From NCBI GenBank assembly GCA_963769025.1, contig CAVYKI010000009.1:544001-608000 (forward strand): 64,000 nucleotides of DNA, in the 5' to 3' direction. Of this stretch, positions 36,699-47,628 are shown in pieces. This stretch comes from an uncultured Verrucomicrobiae bacterium (GTDB lineage Bacteria; Verrucomicrobiota; Verrucomicrobiia; Chthoniobacterales; Chthoniobacteraceae). Position 1 is the stretch's first letter. Each line of letters opens with the position of its first letter. The notes under the pieces were generated by a model. It searched no databases. It was not told the origin of the DNA and saw only the letters and a program-made list of their open reading frames with translations. The translations under genes were made by a program, and so were the position numbers.

Positions 36699-38999
36699 TC
36701 ACTGCGCACGTGGCTGGAGGCGCGGCGGTGCGATGCGGAGCGCGGGGCTTTCGCCTTCCCCGAGCGGCAGCGGCGGCGTCTGCAGATCGAAAATTTCACC
36801 CCATTCGCCCCCGGCGATCACGGTGGCGCTCATGCGCCATGACTCGTAGGACTCGGGCCATGTCGCGCGCTCGCCGGGGCCGAAGAAAAGATAGCGCACG
36901 CCGAGGCGCGCCGCGCGCAGGCGCCAGTCGGGGAATCCGCGCATGAGCGCATCGAGTTCGTCATCCACCGGGCCGTACAGGATGCCGTGGCTGGAGAGAT
37001 GCCCGTCGTATCCCATCACGACCTTCCGTCCGCAGAGCAGGAGCGGGTGGTTGAAATTGGGCTGTGCGGCAAAAGGCTCGGTGATGGGAATGTCGCGCAC
37101 CGCCAGCGCGACGGCGTCGAGCGTGGAGAGTTTCGCAATCGGGTAGCCGCGGTGGGAGCCGTCGATGCCGCCGAGGACCGAGAGGAATCCGGAGAAAAAC
37201 AGCAGCGTGCAGGCGACCGATCGCAGCCACGGGTTCCAGCGGACGAGGAGCGTTTCCCAAAGCGCCGCGAGCACGATGACCCAGCTCCAGAGCATCATCT
37301 TCGAATTGTCCCAATCCCATCGCGCGAAGCGGATGTTGCAGCAGACAAAGAAAAGGAAGAGCGCGGGGATGCCGATGAGGGTCGGCCATCCGGCGGCGGG
37401 ATGCTGCGCGATGCGCCGGAGCAACACGACGAATGCATAGGTCGCGAGCAGCAGCGGCAACGCGTTCGCAGGCAGCAGGGGAATATGAGGATTCCACGTG
37501 TGCAGAATCGTGAGCAGGGAATCGAGCATCAGAATGCCCGACGTTGCGAACAGCACCTGGCGCAGTCCGAAGTCGTGCGCATTCACGCGCTGAAGGCGCG
37601 TTGCTGCGATGGCGGCGGCAAGCGCGAGCAACGGCACGGCGGCCGCGCGCAGGTCCCAAAATTCCCCGCCGCCGGTCAGCAGCGCGCCGAGCGACTTTTC
37701 CTGGTAGCCGGACCACGCGCCGAGGAAGGGCGTGACGACGATGATGCCTGCAAACCATGCCCATCCCGCCCAGTGCGAGGGACCACGCGGGAACACCGGC
37801 CGCAGCAGCGCGATCGCGAACGGCACGAGCAGCAGCGGCAGCACGCCGAAATTGCCGAACCAGAAGATGAGAAATTTCCCGTGCGCGGCGAACGGGGCGG
37901 CGTCCGGCGCCTTGTCCGCGACGTGCTGCCAGATTTCGGCGGTGGTCGCGTCATTCACCATCCAGCCCGGCTGCCAGCCGATCGCATCCACTGGCGGACG
38001 GCGCGGGGGATTTTCAAACTGGCTCATGTCCTCCCACCTCGGTTCGGCGTTCGTCTTGAACATGCCGACGGTGAGGTAAAGCAGCGCGGTCGCCGGGAGG
38101 AACGCCGCGGCAATCAGCGCGGCGATCTGCATGCGCGCGGACGGGCGCGCGATGAGGAACGCAGCGAGCAGGAATGATAGCGCGAGGAAGGTGTGCAGGT
38201 GGAAGAACGGCATCGCCGCGTAAAGCAGCAGTTCGCCGGGGAACGGCATTCGCCATCCTCTCCCGTCCTCGAAAAAGCGCGTGCGCCACGAAGTGAGCAG
38301 CAGCAGGCCCGCCGGCAGCGCGAAGAGAAAGCCGCGCTGCGTGACGAGGATCGAGAGCGGCAGGTTCTTCCACGCCCAGTCGGCCTGATAGTCGCGGAAG
38401 AATGGAAGCTGCGGGTCCGATGCGAAGTACGCGAGCGCAGCGAGGCCGCCGTTGCAGAGAAAGCCCATCACGGTGAATGCGCCGCCCCATCGCAGAAGCG
38501 CGAGCCCGGTGGCGAGCGCGCCGAGGAGCCCGGTCCAGATCAGCCCGCGCTCGGTGTTCACGCCGACGAGCGAGAGCAGCGAGTTGAACAGATCCATGCC
38601 GACGGAGTACGTGAGTTTTCCCGCGGAAAAGATCGGGTTGTCCGGCCAGAACGGCGCGCCGTTCGCGAGGTAGTGGATGAAGGTGAGGTGCAGCGACATG
38701 TCGCCGAGATTATTCGGCGAGAGCACGCAGAGGTCGTCGCCTTCGCGGAAGATCAGCCACAGGAACGCGCGGAGACTGACCAGCGCGAAGAACACGAGCG
38801 CGGCAATCGCCCAGGCGCCGGGGCGGGGGAGCTTCTGCGCGCGGCGTCCGCGCCACCATCCGAGCACTCCGACGACAAATCCGCCGGAGAGCGCGATCAG
38901 CGCCGCCGTCGGCGTGAGTCCGCCATCATAAAACGCGAGCCCAAGCGCGATGAGCACGGAACTGGCGACGGCGTAGAGCGCGGCGGCGAGGAAGTTCAT
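36699..38999 (-). CDS. Polytopic membrane protein, probable GT-C-fold glycosyltransferase
   Basis: Many TM helices; GDMSLHL, WPDNPIF, C-terminal GRKVVMGY.GHL.SHG and GVRYLFFGPGE. Confidence 0.6.
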   Translation of the reverse strand: MNFLAAALYAVASSVLIALGLAFYDGGLTPTAALIALSGGFVVGVLGWWRGRRAQKLPRPGAWAIAALVFFALVSLRAFLWLIFREGDDLCVLSPNNLGDMSLHLTFIHYLANGAPFWPDNPIFSAGKLTYSVGMDLFNSLLSLVGVNTERGLIWTGLLGALATGLALLRWGGAFTVMGFLCNGGLAALAYFASDPQLPFFRDYQADWAWKNLPLSILVTQRGFLFALPAGLLLLTSWRTRFFEDGRGWRMPFPGELLLYAAMPFFHLHTFLALSFLLAAFLIARPSARMQIAALIAAAFLPATALLYLTVGMFKTNAEPRWEDMSQFENPPRRPPVDAIGWQPGWMVNDATTAEIWQHVADKAPDAAPFAAHGKFLIFWFGNFGVLPLLLVPFAIALLRPVFPRGPSHWAGWAWFAGIIVVTPFLGAWSGYQEKSLGALLTGGGEFWDLRAAAVPLLALAAAIAATRLQRVNAHDFGLRQVLFATSGILMLDSLLTILHTWNPHIPLLPANALPLLLATYAFVVLLRRIAQHPAAGWPTLIGIPALFLFFVCCNIRFARWDWDNSKMMLWSWVIVLAALWETLLVRWNPWLRSVACTLLFFSGFLSVLGGIDGSHRGYPIAKLSTLDAVALAVRDIPITEPFAAQPNFNHPLLLCGRKVVMGYDGHLSSHGILYGPVDDELDALMRGFPDWRLRAARLGVRYLFFGPGERATWPESYESWRMSATVIAGGEWGEIFDLQTPPLPLGEGESPALRIAPPRLQPRAQ

Positions 39000-40793
39000 T
39001 TTTGCAATGGCTCCGGCAGGGCCGGGTTTTTCAGCGGAATGCGCGGATGGATCTCGGGTTTGCGTCCGGGGAACTGCGAGGCAAACCGGTCGGCTGCGAG
39101 GTAGAGCCAGCCGCGGGCGGTGCCGTTGCGGAGGCGGCAGCTTTCCTTGAAGTAGATGCCGTAGACGCGGTCCTCGAATTCCAGTTCACGCCCGGCGGGC
39201 ATGAGGACAAAGTCGGCGTCGTAATTCTCCGGAGTCGCGTCCTCGCCGGCGTAGGTGATGTTCGGAAATTCGTTCAGCTCCCATGTGAGCGGAAACGCCT
39301 CGGTGAAGACGAGCCCGTGCAACTGGCGCTGCCGCGCATCCTCCCGGACCAGCGTGCGCACGGCGCGGAGCAGCTTGTTGATGTCCGGAGTCGTCTGGAC
39401 GTAGATGTAGCGCTCGCCGTCGAACGTGGGCTGCACGAAATCCAGCCGCCAGCAATCACGCAGCGGATTCCACGCGAGGAGCAGGCCGACGGAATAGACC
39501 AGCCGCCGATCCGTGGACTGGATGAGCGTATCCGCGACCAGGCCGAGGACAAAAAGGAACGGCCAGAGGAGATTGATGATGCACCACGGAGTCTTGTACG
39601 GGATGAGCGAATAAGCCGTGAACGCGGCGAGCCCGTAGAGGCAGAGCAGGCGCGCCTCGCGGCTTTGGCGCGGGGGACGCGGCGAAGAAGCCGACGCTGC
39701 AAGCGATGAGCCACAGCCCGAGCGATGAGAGGCCCGTGAGGTTCCATTTCGGATCGAGAAAATCCCGCGCTGCGGGAATGTTGGGCATGGCGGATGAAAC
39801 CATGACGCCGGCTCCGACCAGCAGCGCGCCGATCAGCACCAGACCGGCAGCGGGCAGCGGCGCGCGGCGCAGCGAGAGCAGCGGTGCCGCGGCGAGGCCG
39901 ATCAGCGCGGGCCATTCGTACCAGGCCATGAGTTTCAGCCAGTAGAAGAATTCCTTGTTGTGACCGGCCTCGGCCGTCGTGCCCTTGGAATACATCAGCC
40001 CGAACGTCTCGAAGAGGCCCATGACGCCCGGCCAGTTCATGCCGAAGCTCGACTGGAAAAGGATGACGGCGGCCGTGCAGGTGACGATCACCGTCGCGAT
40101 CTGACGGTTGGAAAAATACGTCTTTTTGGGAATGGAATCCACAGTCGCGTCCAATGCGCGCCCGGCGAAAAGGTCCGCCGGCCGCGCGCGCTGTGTTCCG
40201 GGGGTGAGCGGCGCGAGCCAGTCGAGGCACCGCGTCGCGAAGAGCGCGAGCGCGGCGGCGATCCAGTGGACGAGATAGGTTTCCTTGGTCAGCACCATGC
40301 CGGCGATGCCGACGCCAAACGCCCAGAGGTCACGTGCCCGACCTTCCCTCCGCGCAATGCCGAAGCCGCCATACACGGCGAGGATGGTGAAAAACGGCAG
40401 CCACGTCTCGTGGATCGCGTAGCGCGAATAGAAGACCATCCCCGGAGAAATGGCCGCCGCGAGCGAGGCGATCCACACCGCGCGCCACGGGAGGAATCGG
40501 AAAAAGGCGAGCATCAGCGCGATGGTGGCGGTGCCGATGAGCACGGTCGGCATCCGCATCGCCCACAGGCTGCGGCCGAAGAGCTGCTGCGAGGCGAAGA
40601 GCGTGTAGAAATGCAGCGGCCCGTGGTAATTCGCCGGATCGTAGCGGTAGCAGCCCTCGGTGCGCATCCCGTCGATGAACGATCCATTCACACCCTCGTC
40701 GAAATGCGCCGGGCGCAGATCGAGCGCGGCCACGCGCAGGGCAAACGCGAGAGCGATGATGAAGATGGAGATCCAGCGTTGGGGGGCTGACAT
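38996..40793 (-). CDS. TIGR03663/Agl23-like GT-C (PMT-related) membrane protein; one frameshift near 39665
   Basis: LDLRPAHFDEGVN, YRYDPANYHGP, SPGMVFYSRYAIHE, LTKET; after the shift, YSLIPYKTPW and YIYVQT. Confidence 0.8.
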
Positions 40794-40896
40794 CGTGCGG
40801 GCCGCTCAGCGAGGGCGCAGGGTTGGAAAAAGAATTACTGTCATGGCTTTTGACCGTCCGGCCATTCAACTGATACGGACTGCGGGAACAACCGAA

Positions 40897-41655
40897 ATGT
40901 CCGACAGCGGCGCGCCATTTGTCTCAATCATCATCCCCGCCTATAACGAGGCGCACCGCCTGGAGGCGAGCATTACGGTGCTGGACGCCTACCTCGGCTC
41001 CGTCCCTTGGAGCCACGAACTGATCCTCGTCGTCGAGAAAAGCACCGACGGCACGCTGGAACTCGCGCGCCGGATTCTCGCAGGGCGGCACGGCGTGGAA
41101 GTCGTCGGGCACGAAGTCCAGCGGGGCAAAGGTTACGCCGTCCGGGCCGGGATGCTTCGGGCTCGGGGGGAACTCGCGTTTTTCATGGACGCCGACCTCT
41201 CCACGCCGCTGCACGAGATGGACCGGTTTATTGAGCGCTTTTCAAAAAGCCCGCCCGTCGATGTCCTGGTGGGCAACCGCCAGCACGGCCGCAGCGAGAT
41301 TTTGCAGCAACAGCATTTCCTCCGCAGGAGAATGGGTCAGACCTTCAACGCGATCCTGCGCACGATCGCCGGCATCCGGCTGGCCGACACGCAGTGCGGC
41401 TTCAAGGCATTCCGCCGCACAGCGCGCGAGGCAATTTTTCCCCGGCAAAAACTGGACGGCTTCGCATTCGACGTGGAGGTGCTGCTGCTGGCCGAGCGGC
41501 TGGGTTTCGTCGTCGAGGACATGCCCGTGCAGTGGCGCAATGCGGAGGGGAGCAAGGTGCGCATCATCCGCGACTCGTGCCGCATGCTGGCCGACGCGAT
41601 CCGAGTCCGCCGGTTGGTGGCAAGAACTCTCGCGGCGCGACCCGCTGTGGGATAA
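40897..41655 (+). CDS. GT2 polyprenyl/dolichyl-phosphate beta-glucosyltransferase-like protein
   Basis: SIIIPAYNE, GKGYAVRAGM, FMDADLSTP, DTQCGFKAF, FAFDVEVL, GSKV. Confidence 0.9.
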   Translation: MSDSGAPFVSIIIPAYNEAHRLEASITVLDAYLGSVPWSHELILVVEKSTDGTLELARRILAGRHGVEVVGHEVQRGKGYAVRAGMLRARGELAFFMDADLSTPLHEMDRFIERFSKSPPVDVLVGNRQHGRSEILQQQHFLRRRMGQTFNAILRTIAGIRLADTQCGFKAFRRTAREAIFPRQKLDGFAFDVEVLLLAERLGFVVEDMPVQWRNAEGSKVRIIRDSCRMLADAIRVRRLVARTLAARPAVG

Positions 41656-41678
41656 ATCCGACCCCGAGCCGTTGCGGT

Positions 41679-44600
41679 TTACCAAGGCGAGAAGCGCTTG
41701 TTGTAAACGACGCGGAAGCGGTAAACTTCCTCCAGCGACTGCTTGTGGACATTGATCTTGGTCGTGCTGGTCGAGTTCGGATTGGGGTCGAGGCGCGGGT
41801 CCACAGGGTCCAGGAACCGCTCAATGGTGGTATGGCCACGAAATTCAGAGAGCACCTGATCCCGGCTTTCATCCCATGTCCTGTAATAGGCCGCTTCTCC
41901 GGCTGCATTGCCGGTATAGGCCCTTTGGCGGAGCGACTGCACGCGGTAGTGCACCGTGTAGGTGTTCGACTTCGTCGTGACGCGTGAATACAGGTCCGAA
42001 TACGGCTTCTCGCGGACGTTGTCCCCGGTGACGGTGCAGGTTTTCCACCAGTTCTTGATCGGTGCTTCGCCGGACTGAAAAGTCACGGTTGAGTTGTACT
42101 TGTTCGGCTGGCCCTTCGGGTAGAGGTAGCGCTCGCAGATCTGGCTCGCCGACTTGAAGAATCCACCGTTCCGGTTCCCCTTGTACTCGTCAAAGAAGGC
42201 ATCGATCGCTTTCACCGTTTCGTCGCGATCGATCAGGTAGCGCAGGTTTTCCGGGTTGTTCTGTCCCTGTTGGTTCGTCGTCTTGTAGCACAACTCGGTG
42301 GCTCCGCCCGACACCCTGGTGAGGCTGTTCGGGATTGCCGTGACCCGCAGCGGGTGAAGCGCGGCCCGGAGTGCGGTGGAGCGCTTGATGAAGCTGAATG
42401 GCATCAGCTGGTAGTTGAGGTTTACTTTGCCATCCGTCGAGAAGGGCTCGCTGATCGCATACGGCTCCACCACCGGCATGTTGAACAGGTCGAGCAAGAG
42501 ATGGTCCGGAGGAGTCTGAGCTCCGGGATGGTTGTCTCCCGCCGGGTTCGGGCAGAATAGGAGAGTCTTCCAGCCCGCCTTGTCCCAAGGAGCCTGCGGT
42601 GCGAGGAGCGAACCAAACATCACCGGGCTCGGAAGCTGCCGGTTGGGCGAGAAATACGTATCCAGCGGGGCGTTATAGACCCAGGTGCTGAAGTACGGCT
42701 CCACCCAGTTTTGCCACCCCGGACTCCCCGGCTTCTTGGTGCGGTCATACCATACTTGCACGATATTCCCCTCATCGGCTTTCCCGCAGTACGGTCCGTC
42801 GGGAAAGTTGCCGATCCCTGTGTCAAAGTCCGCCGCCTGGCCATCGAAGCGCTTTGCAATCACGGGATTGCCATTGTTTTTTGGAAGGTCCGGGCCCGAT
42901 CCACCCGCATATCGCGTACTTCCCAAGGCCACCAGCGAACCGGTCGTCGGCTGGCTGCCTTCACCGGGAAAGATGTTGTTGTCCGTCGGGTCGAAATAGA
43001 ATCCGCCGCTTCCAAAGCGGAGCGTCTGCGCCCGCCTGGTATTGGCCTTGTTGTAGTCCGGGTGGGCTGCAAAGGTCGTCACCGTTTGCTGGAGGTGAGC
43101 CGCCCTTGGGTCGGTCCCCGCCGCGTTCGTGCCGCCGGGGATCATGCTGCGGATCGTGTCTCCCGGCTGGAGGATGTTCAGATAGCGGCCCGCGTAATTC
43201 TTGCCGTCGCCACCCGTCTGCACGCCCGTCGTGGTGTCGTAGATGGTGAAAGGGTTGTAGTCCGGCAGGGCGCACCAGGCGATTCGCAAGGGCAGGTGGG
43301 CGGACATCCGGTAGCCGCCGGACCCCGTCCAATTATTCCCTCCGATGCCAGAATTCGGCGCAAATGTTGGCGCGTTGTCCGCATTCCAGCCAGGGGCTGT
43401 CCTGTCGAATCCACCCGTCACCTGACGGAAGGCCTGGCCCTTGGTGCCATTCGGCGTGTCGCGTTCCGTGATCGGCAGCGGCCATGCTGTGCCGGCCGGC
43501 CAGTTCAGCTTGATCGTCTGGGTCAGCTCGTTGTGGGGCGGAAGTCCATTTTGCGCCAAATCGACGTAACGGATCGTGACATCCATCGTGCCGCCCGAGA
43601 AGTCGAAGGTCTCCTGGGCGATGTTCACATTCACGCCGTCCAAGCCGCTGTCCGGATCGCCGATTTGCACGCGGACGCCGTCCATCTTCAACCGGCATGG
43701 GGTTTGGAAAGGGTAGTAGGCACTCGTGAAGGCCGCGATGGTGAGCGGCGTGCCCAGACTTCCGGCTGCTTCGTAGGTCATCGTCTGGCCGCCACTCCAA
43801 GGGTAAGGCTGAACGCCCGCGATGTTGCTCGTCTTGTCCTGCAGCGTGTGGAAGAAGCCCTCGGTCCCGCCAAAGTTTCGTCCACCATAGGTGGAACCGG
43901 AGGAGCGCCAGACATGGTTCTCACCCTTGCCCATTTTCAGCGATTGAAAGCCTTCCTTCTTGGTCCGGATTTGGAAATCGGACAGGTTCGTGATTTCATA
44001 CACGATGTTCTCCCGGGCTGTGCCGGAGGTGCTAAAGTCGGTGACCGGCCCGTATCCCTGCATCGGATTGAAGGTCTCAAACACCAGAAATGCCCGGACG
44101 ATGATGCCCGTCAGATCGTTCGCCTTCGACCATCCGTTCTCGGGCTGGTCAAACCTGGGGATTTGAGACCAGTTATATTCGACGTCCTCCGCATTGAGCG
44201 GATCGCTGGGTTTCGCCCTTTTTTTCCGATACAGGTAGCCTCCGTGATAGAAGACGAGGCTGGCCTCCGAGATCGTCGGAAACCGGCCGAATCCGGAAGT
44301 GGCCGTCGCCTTGATTCTCGTGGGAACGATGATGCCGCGCATCGCATAGCGGGCGAGCAGCTTCATTTTCACGGTTTGTGAATTCGGATCCGTGCTCTTG
44401 CCGTACTTTTCTTCGATGGCGCGATCCCGCGAAGTATCCTTCAGGTTGACGCTCCGGATGTAGTCGTAGATTTCCGTCAGGATTTGGTCGCGTCCGCCGG
44501 GGCCCGCGGAATACTTGGCCTCGAAACTGGAGCCGAAGCCGGGGATTCTTCCGTTGGTATTCGATGTGATGTCGCGCAGATAGGCAAAGACCTCCTTGTT

Positions 44601-46487
44601 CCGCTGACGGTTGAAATCACTCGTCGAACTGTACGGATCTTCCCGGTCGAAGATGAACTGCCCGGGCCGGCCCTGGGAATCCGAATTATCTGCCCAGTTG
44701 ATGGTTGCTCCCACCGTGGAGCAAAAGCGGAGCATGTCGTCGCTGAGGTTCCGGATACCCACGCCGATCAAGGTCCCCTCGCTCTTCGCGGACGAGACCG
44801 GCCAGATGGTCACGCGCGGTCGGCCGAAGAGATTCAGCTCCGGCGAACGGCTGTGCGCGGTGAGGAAGAAGCGAGCCTGATCCACCATCGTCGGCGTGAT
44901 CGAGTTTGGCTTGATGCCGATGACGGTCTCGGCCTTTTGCCGGGCGGAGCCGGACTTCTGCGACTTGTCGATGAGGGCCGTGTAAAAAAGTTCATCCACG
45001 GACCCGAGGAGGTGATAGGGATCGGAGTCCGTCTTGGTGTCGGTCGTTGGGATTGCGGGGCTGGTATAGCCGGCCTTCTTGAGCATCGGCAAATCCCCGG
45101 CAGTCGCCTTCAGGAGGTTGTTGAGGGGGTCGTTCGGATCGAGCGCAATGTTGGTGACAGGCTGATCGACGTTGGGCTCCAGGCGCTTCGTTCCGCCTTC
45201 CGAGCCATTATGGTAGGATCCATCCGTCCGTTTTCCGCGATAGCTCAGCCGCGGAGTCATCTGGTATAGCTTCGAGGACACGAATCCGGTCGTGCTGCTA
45301 GGCAGAAGGTTTTTCAGGACCAGCCCGAGCGACGTCGTCGAAGGGTGCCCGGGGTAACGCTGGAACTCGTTTTGGATCGGCTGGGAGTTTGCCAGGCCGC
45401 CGACGAACCTGGTCGCGTCGTTGATATTCAGGCCGCGGTCAAAAACCGTTTGCACGCGAGGCGTGTCCCAAAAGGAGCCGGCGTAAAATGCAGGATTAGT
45501 CTCCGGGCGATTTCCACTCGGCTTTGAATTGTCCAGATTCTTGTCCTCGGTCACGCCGTCGGGGAGAAGGTAGCCGCCCGCGGTGTTGACGTTGACCTTG
45601 CACGTGTCGTCGTCGGTCCAGAAAGCAATCCGGCCGACGATGGGGTTGTCCTTCGTCGGCACGCCGGTGGCGGTGCCGGTTGGCCCGACCGCTGTCCATG
45701 TGGCCTGGAGCCCTGTGTTGCCCGCAGCCGGGCCGGTGAGCGGCGTCGGTGCAGAGAGCGTGCCATCGCGAAGCACATAGAGCCAGCGCACCGGCATCGG
45801 CGCGTTGTTCTTCTTTAGGTCATCCCCCTGCGGCAGGGTGATTTCACATCCCTCGACCCAGTTGGTGATGTTGTTCGCCGTGTTCTGATTCAGCGCGGCA
45901 ATTCGCGCGACGGATGGATCCATGATGGGATAGCGCTTCACGGTGCCTCCACCGGCGGTGGTGCCCGGGACATCCACCGGCTCGTTGAGATCGGTAAAGA
46001 ACGCCGGCTGGTTCAGCCATCCCCCATTGCCTATCGGAACCTCAGCTTGCGCTCCGCTGCTGGGGTTGGTCAGCGAGGGGTCGAACTGCTGGATGTCGGT
46101 GCCCGAAACCACGAGGTTATGCGATGAATACAGTTTGTAGAAGGCGTAGGCCTGCGCGCTCGGCTGGCCGCCGGCAGAGCCGTAAACGCGGATCATCCCG
46201 GGCTGCGAAGCCCAGCAGCCGTTCTTGACGGTCGTGGCGGCCCGGATCTGGCCCATTACGACGCCGACCGCGGAGTCGGCGAGTTGCCTGGAGTTCACCC
46301 CTTCGGCATAGGATCGCGCGCCGCCAAGTTCGGAACTGACCCGGCTGAAAAAGCTGACCACCAGCGCGGTCAGCAGCACGACGAATGAGACAACGAGAAT
46401 CAGCGCCACTCCGCGGCGCTTGATGCGGTTCCGCCCGGCAGGTTGAAGCGGTTGATCCGGTTGCTGATGATCGGTGGGGACTTTCAT
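41679..46487 (-). CDS. vccA: Verru_Chthon cassette protein A
   Basis: Prepilin-like RRGVALILVV, WASQPGMIR, YKLYSS, PMPVRWLYVLRDG, VGRIAFWTDD.TCKVN.NTA, PPDHLLLDLFNMPVVEPYAISEPFST.GKVNLN, TGDNVREKPY. Confidence 0.92.
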   Translation of the reverse strand: MKVPTDHQQPDQPLQPAGRNRIKRRGVALILVVSFVVLLTALVVSFFSRVSSELGGARSYAEGVNSRQLADSAVGVVMGQIRAATTVKNGCWASQPGMIRVYGSAGGQPSAQAYAFYKLYSSHNLVVSGTDIQQFDPSLTNPSSGAQAEVPIGNGGWLNQPAFFTDLNEPVDVPGTTAGGGTVKRYPIMDPSVARIAALNQNTANNITNWVEGCEITLPQGDDLKKNNAPMPVRWLYVLRDGTLSAPTPLTGPAAGNTGLQATWTAVGPTGTATGVPTKDNPIVGRIAFWTDDDTCKVNVNTAGGYLLPDGVTEDKNLDNSKPSGNRPETNPAFYAGSFWDTPRVQTVFDRGLNINDATRFVGGLANSQPIQNEFQRYPGHPSTTSLGLVLKNLLPSSTTGFVSSKLYQMTPRLSYRGKRTDGSYHNGSEGGTKRLEPNVDQPVTNIALDPNDPLNNLLKATAGDLPMLKKAGYTSPAIPTTDTKTDSDPYHLLGSVDELFYTALIDKSQKSGSARQKAETVIGIKPNSITPTMVDQARFFLTAHSRSPELNLFGRPRVTIWPVSSAKSEGTLIGVGIRNLSDDMLRFCSTVGATINWADNSDSQGRPGQFIFDREDPYSSTSDFNRQRNKEVFAYLRDITSNTNGRIPGFGSSFEAKYSAGPGGRDQILTEIYDYIRSVNLKDTSRDRAIEEKYGKSTDPNSQTVKMKLLARYAMRGIIVPTRIKATATSGFGRFPTISEASLVFYHGGYLYRKKRAKPSDPLNAEDVEYNWSQIPRFDQPENGWSKANDLTGIIVRAFLVFETFNPMQGYGPVTDFSTSGTARENIVYEITNLSDFQIRTKKEGFQSLKMGKGENHVWRSSGSTYGGRNFGGTEGFFHTLQDKTSNIAGVQPYPWSGGQTMTYEAAGSLGTPLTIAAFTSAYYPFQTPCRLKMDGVRVQIGDPDSGLDGVNVNIAQETFDFSGGTMDVTIRYVDLAQNGLPPHNELTQTIKLNWPAGTAWPLPITERDTPNGTKGQAFRQVTGGFDRTAPGWNADNAPTFAPNSGIGGNNWTGSGGYRMSAHLPLRIAWCALPDYNPFTIYDTTTGVQTGGDGKNYAGRYLNILQPGDTIRSMIPGGTNAAGTDPRAAHLQQTVTTFAAHPDYNKANTRRAQTLRFGSGGFYFDPTDNNIFPGEGSQPTTGSLVALGSTRYAGGSGPDLPKNNGNPVIAKRFDGQAADFDTGIGNFPDGPYCGKADEGNIVQVWYDRTKKPGSPGWQNWVEPYFSTWVYNAPLDTYFSPNRQLPSPVMFGSLLAPQAPWDKAGWKTLLFCPNPAGDNHPGAQTPPDHLLLDLFNMPVVEPYAISEPFSTDGKVNLNYQLMPFSFIKRSTALRAALHPLRVTAIPNSLTRVSGGATELCYKTTNQQGQNNPENLRYLIDRDETVKAIDAFFDEYKGNRNGGFFKSASQICERYLYPKGQPNKYNSTVTFQSGEAPIKNWWKTCTVTGDNVREKPYSDLYSRVTTKSNTYTVHYRVQSLRQRAYTGNAAGEAAYYRTWDESRDQVLSEFRGHTTIERFLDPVDPRLDPNPNSTSTTKINVHKQSLEEVYRFRVVYNKRFSPW

Positions 46488-46518
46488 GGCGTTACGATGC
46501 TTGGGATGGGACTGAAGA

Positions 46519-47628
46519 CTAGTTCACCTGGCTGCGGCTCCACTTGGCTCCGCGGATGCTCACGTTCGTGGAAAAAATGCGATAGGAGGCTTTTTTGGAA
46601 ACGAGGAGCTCCTGCAGTCTGGTGAGATCGCCCTTCGCGCCGGTCGATGCATTGTCGTCCAGCGACGCGGGATTGGTAAACAGGTTCAGGCCCGATAGCG
46701 GGTCGGGACTGTAGTTGATGCCCAGGTACGGGTCCGAGCCATGAAGGTCTTCCAGGCGCCGGGCGGATGGCTCGTCGATCGCCACCATCACCACTTGGAC
46801 GACGGGAGGAAGCTGGTTGATCGTGTTCAGGAGCGGATCCGCACGGTTGACGTTCGCGGAATTCGAGCTGTCGTATTGATAGTTCGGCGCAAGGATGGGG
46901 CCCGTTGACGAACCCTTTTGCTTTTTCCAAAGCTCCTCATCGCCCACCGACAGTCTTGGCAGCACGATTAACGCAACAATGTTTTCCGCAAGCACACGCA
47001 CGGGGCGGTCTGTGGTGGCGTTGATGAATGGGGCGAACCAGGTCGTTGCGAGCGGGGGCTGTGCCGACGGCGTGTAGATTCCCAGCTGTTCGGACGGCTG
47101 CATCAGCTCCATCAGGCGGTAACGTTTGCGCGGATCCACCGCGGTCTGGAGGAAGGTCGGGAGCTTGTCCGCGTCGCTCCCGATCTCCAGAAAGTATCCC
47201 CAAGTGTTAATCAGGTGATCGAGTGAACTGAGATTCGCACTTTGGATGGGATCGACCATGCCAATCGGCGCCTGGAAGAAAATGCCCTGGCCGGGCTGGA
47301 GATTTCCGTTGGGGCCGGTTCCTCCGGTGAGGTTTCGCATGGGGCCCGAGCGGAACCGCAGTTCCGCCGCGCGAATATAGCGGGTTGGCTTGGTGGGGTT
47401 GTCGTAGTCCCAGTATGTATTAAGGGTCGCCTGGGCAAGGCGGCGGGTCATGGCCTCAAAACCCACGCGGGCCTCCTGAAATTGCTCGACCTTGGCAGAC
47501 GTGGAGCGAACGAGGCGCTGCGTCTGGTCGGTCATCCCGAGCAGCACGACCATGAGCACGACGATGATGCCTGCCGACACCAGGACCTCGACAAGGGTGA
47601 ATCCGGAGTTTTGATGGTAAGATTTCAT
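46519..47628 (-). CDS. vccC: Verru_Chthon cassette protein C
   Basis: GFTLVEVLV N-methylation site, FQEAR..FE.MTRRL.QATLNTYWDY, FFQAP.G, NQLPPVVQV.MVAIDE, AKWS. Confidence 0.92.
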   Translation of the reverse strand: MKSYHQNSGFTLVEVLVSAGIIVVLMVVLLGMTDQTQRLVRSTSAKVEQFQEARVGFEAMTRRLAQATLNTYWDYDNPTKPTRYIRAAELRFRSGPMRNLTGGTGPNGNLQPGQGIFFQAPIGMVDPIQSANLSSLDHLINTWGYFLEIGSDADKLPTFLQTAVDPRKRYRLMELMQPSEQLGIYTPSAQPPLATTWFAPFINATTDRPVRVLAENIVALIVLPRLSVGDEELWKKQKGSSTGPILAPNYQYDSSNSANVNRADPLLNTINQLPPVVQVVMVAIDEPSARRLEDLHGSDPYLGINYSPDPLSGLNLFTNPASLDDNASTGAKGDLTRLQELLVSKKASYRIFSTNVSIRGAKWSRSQVN

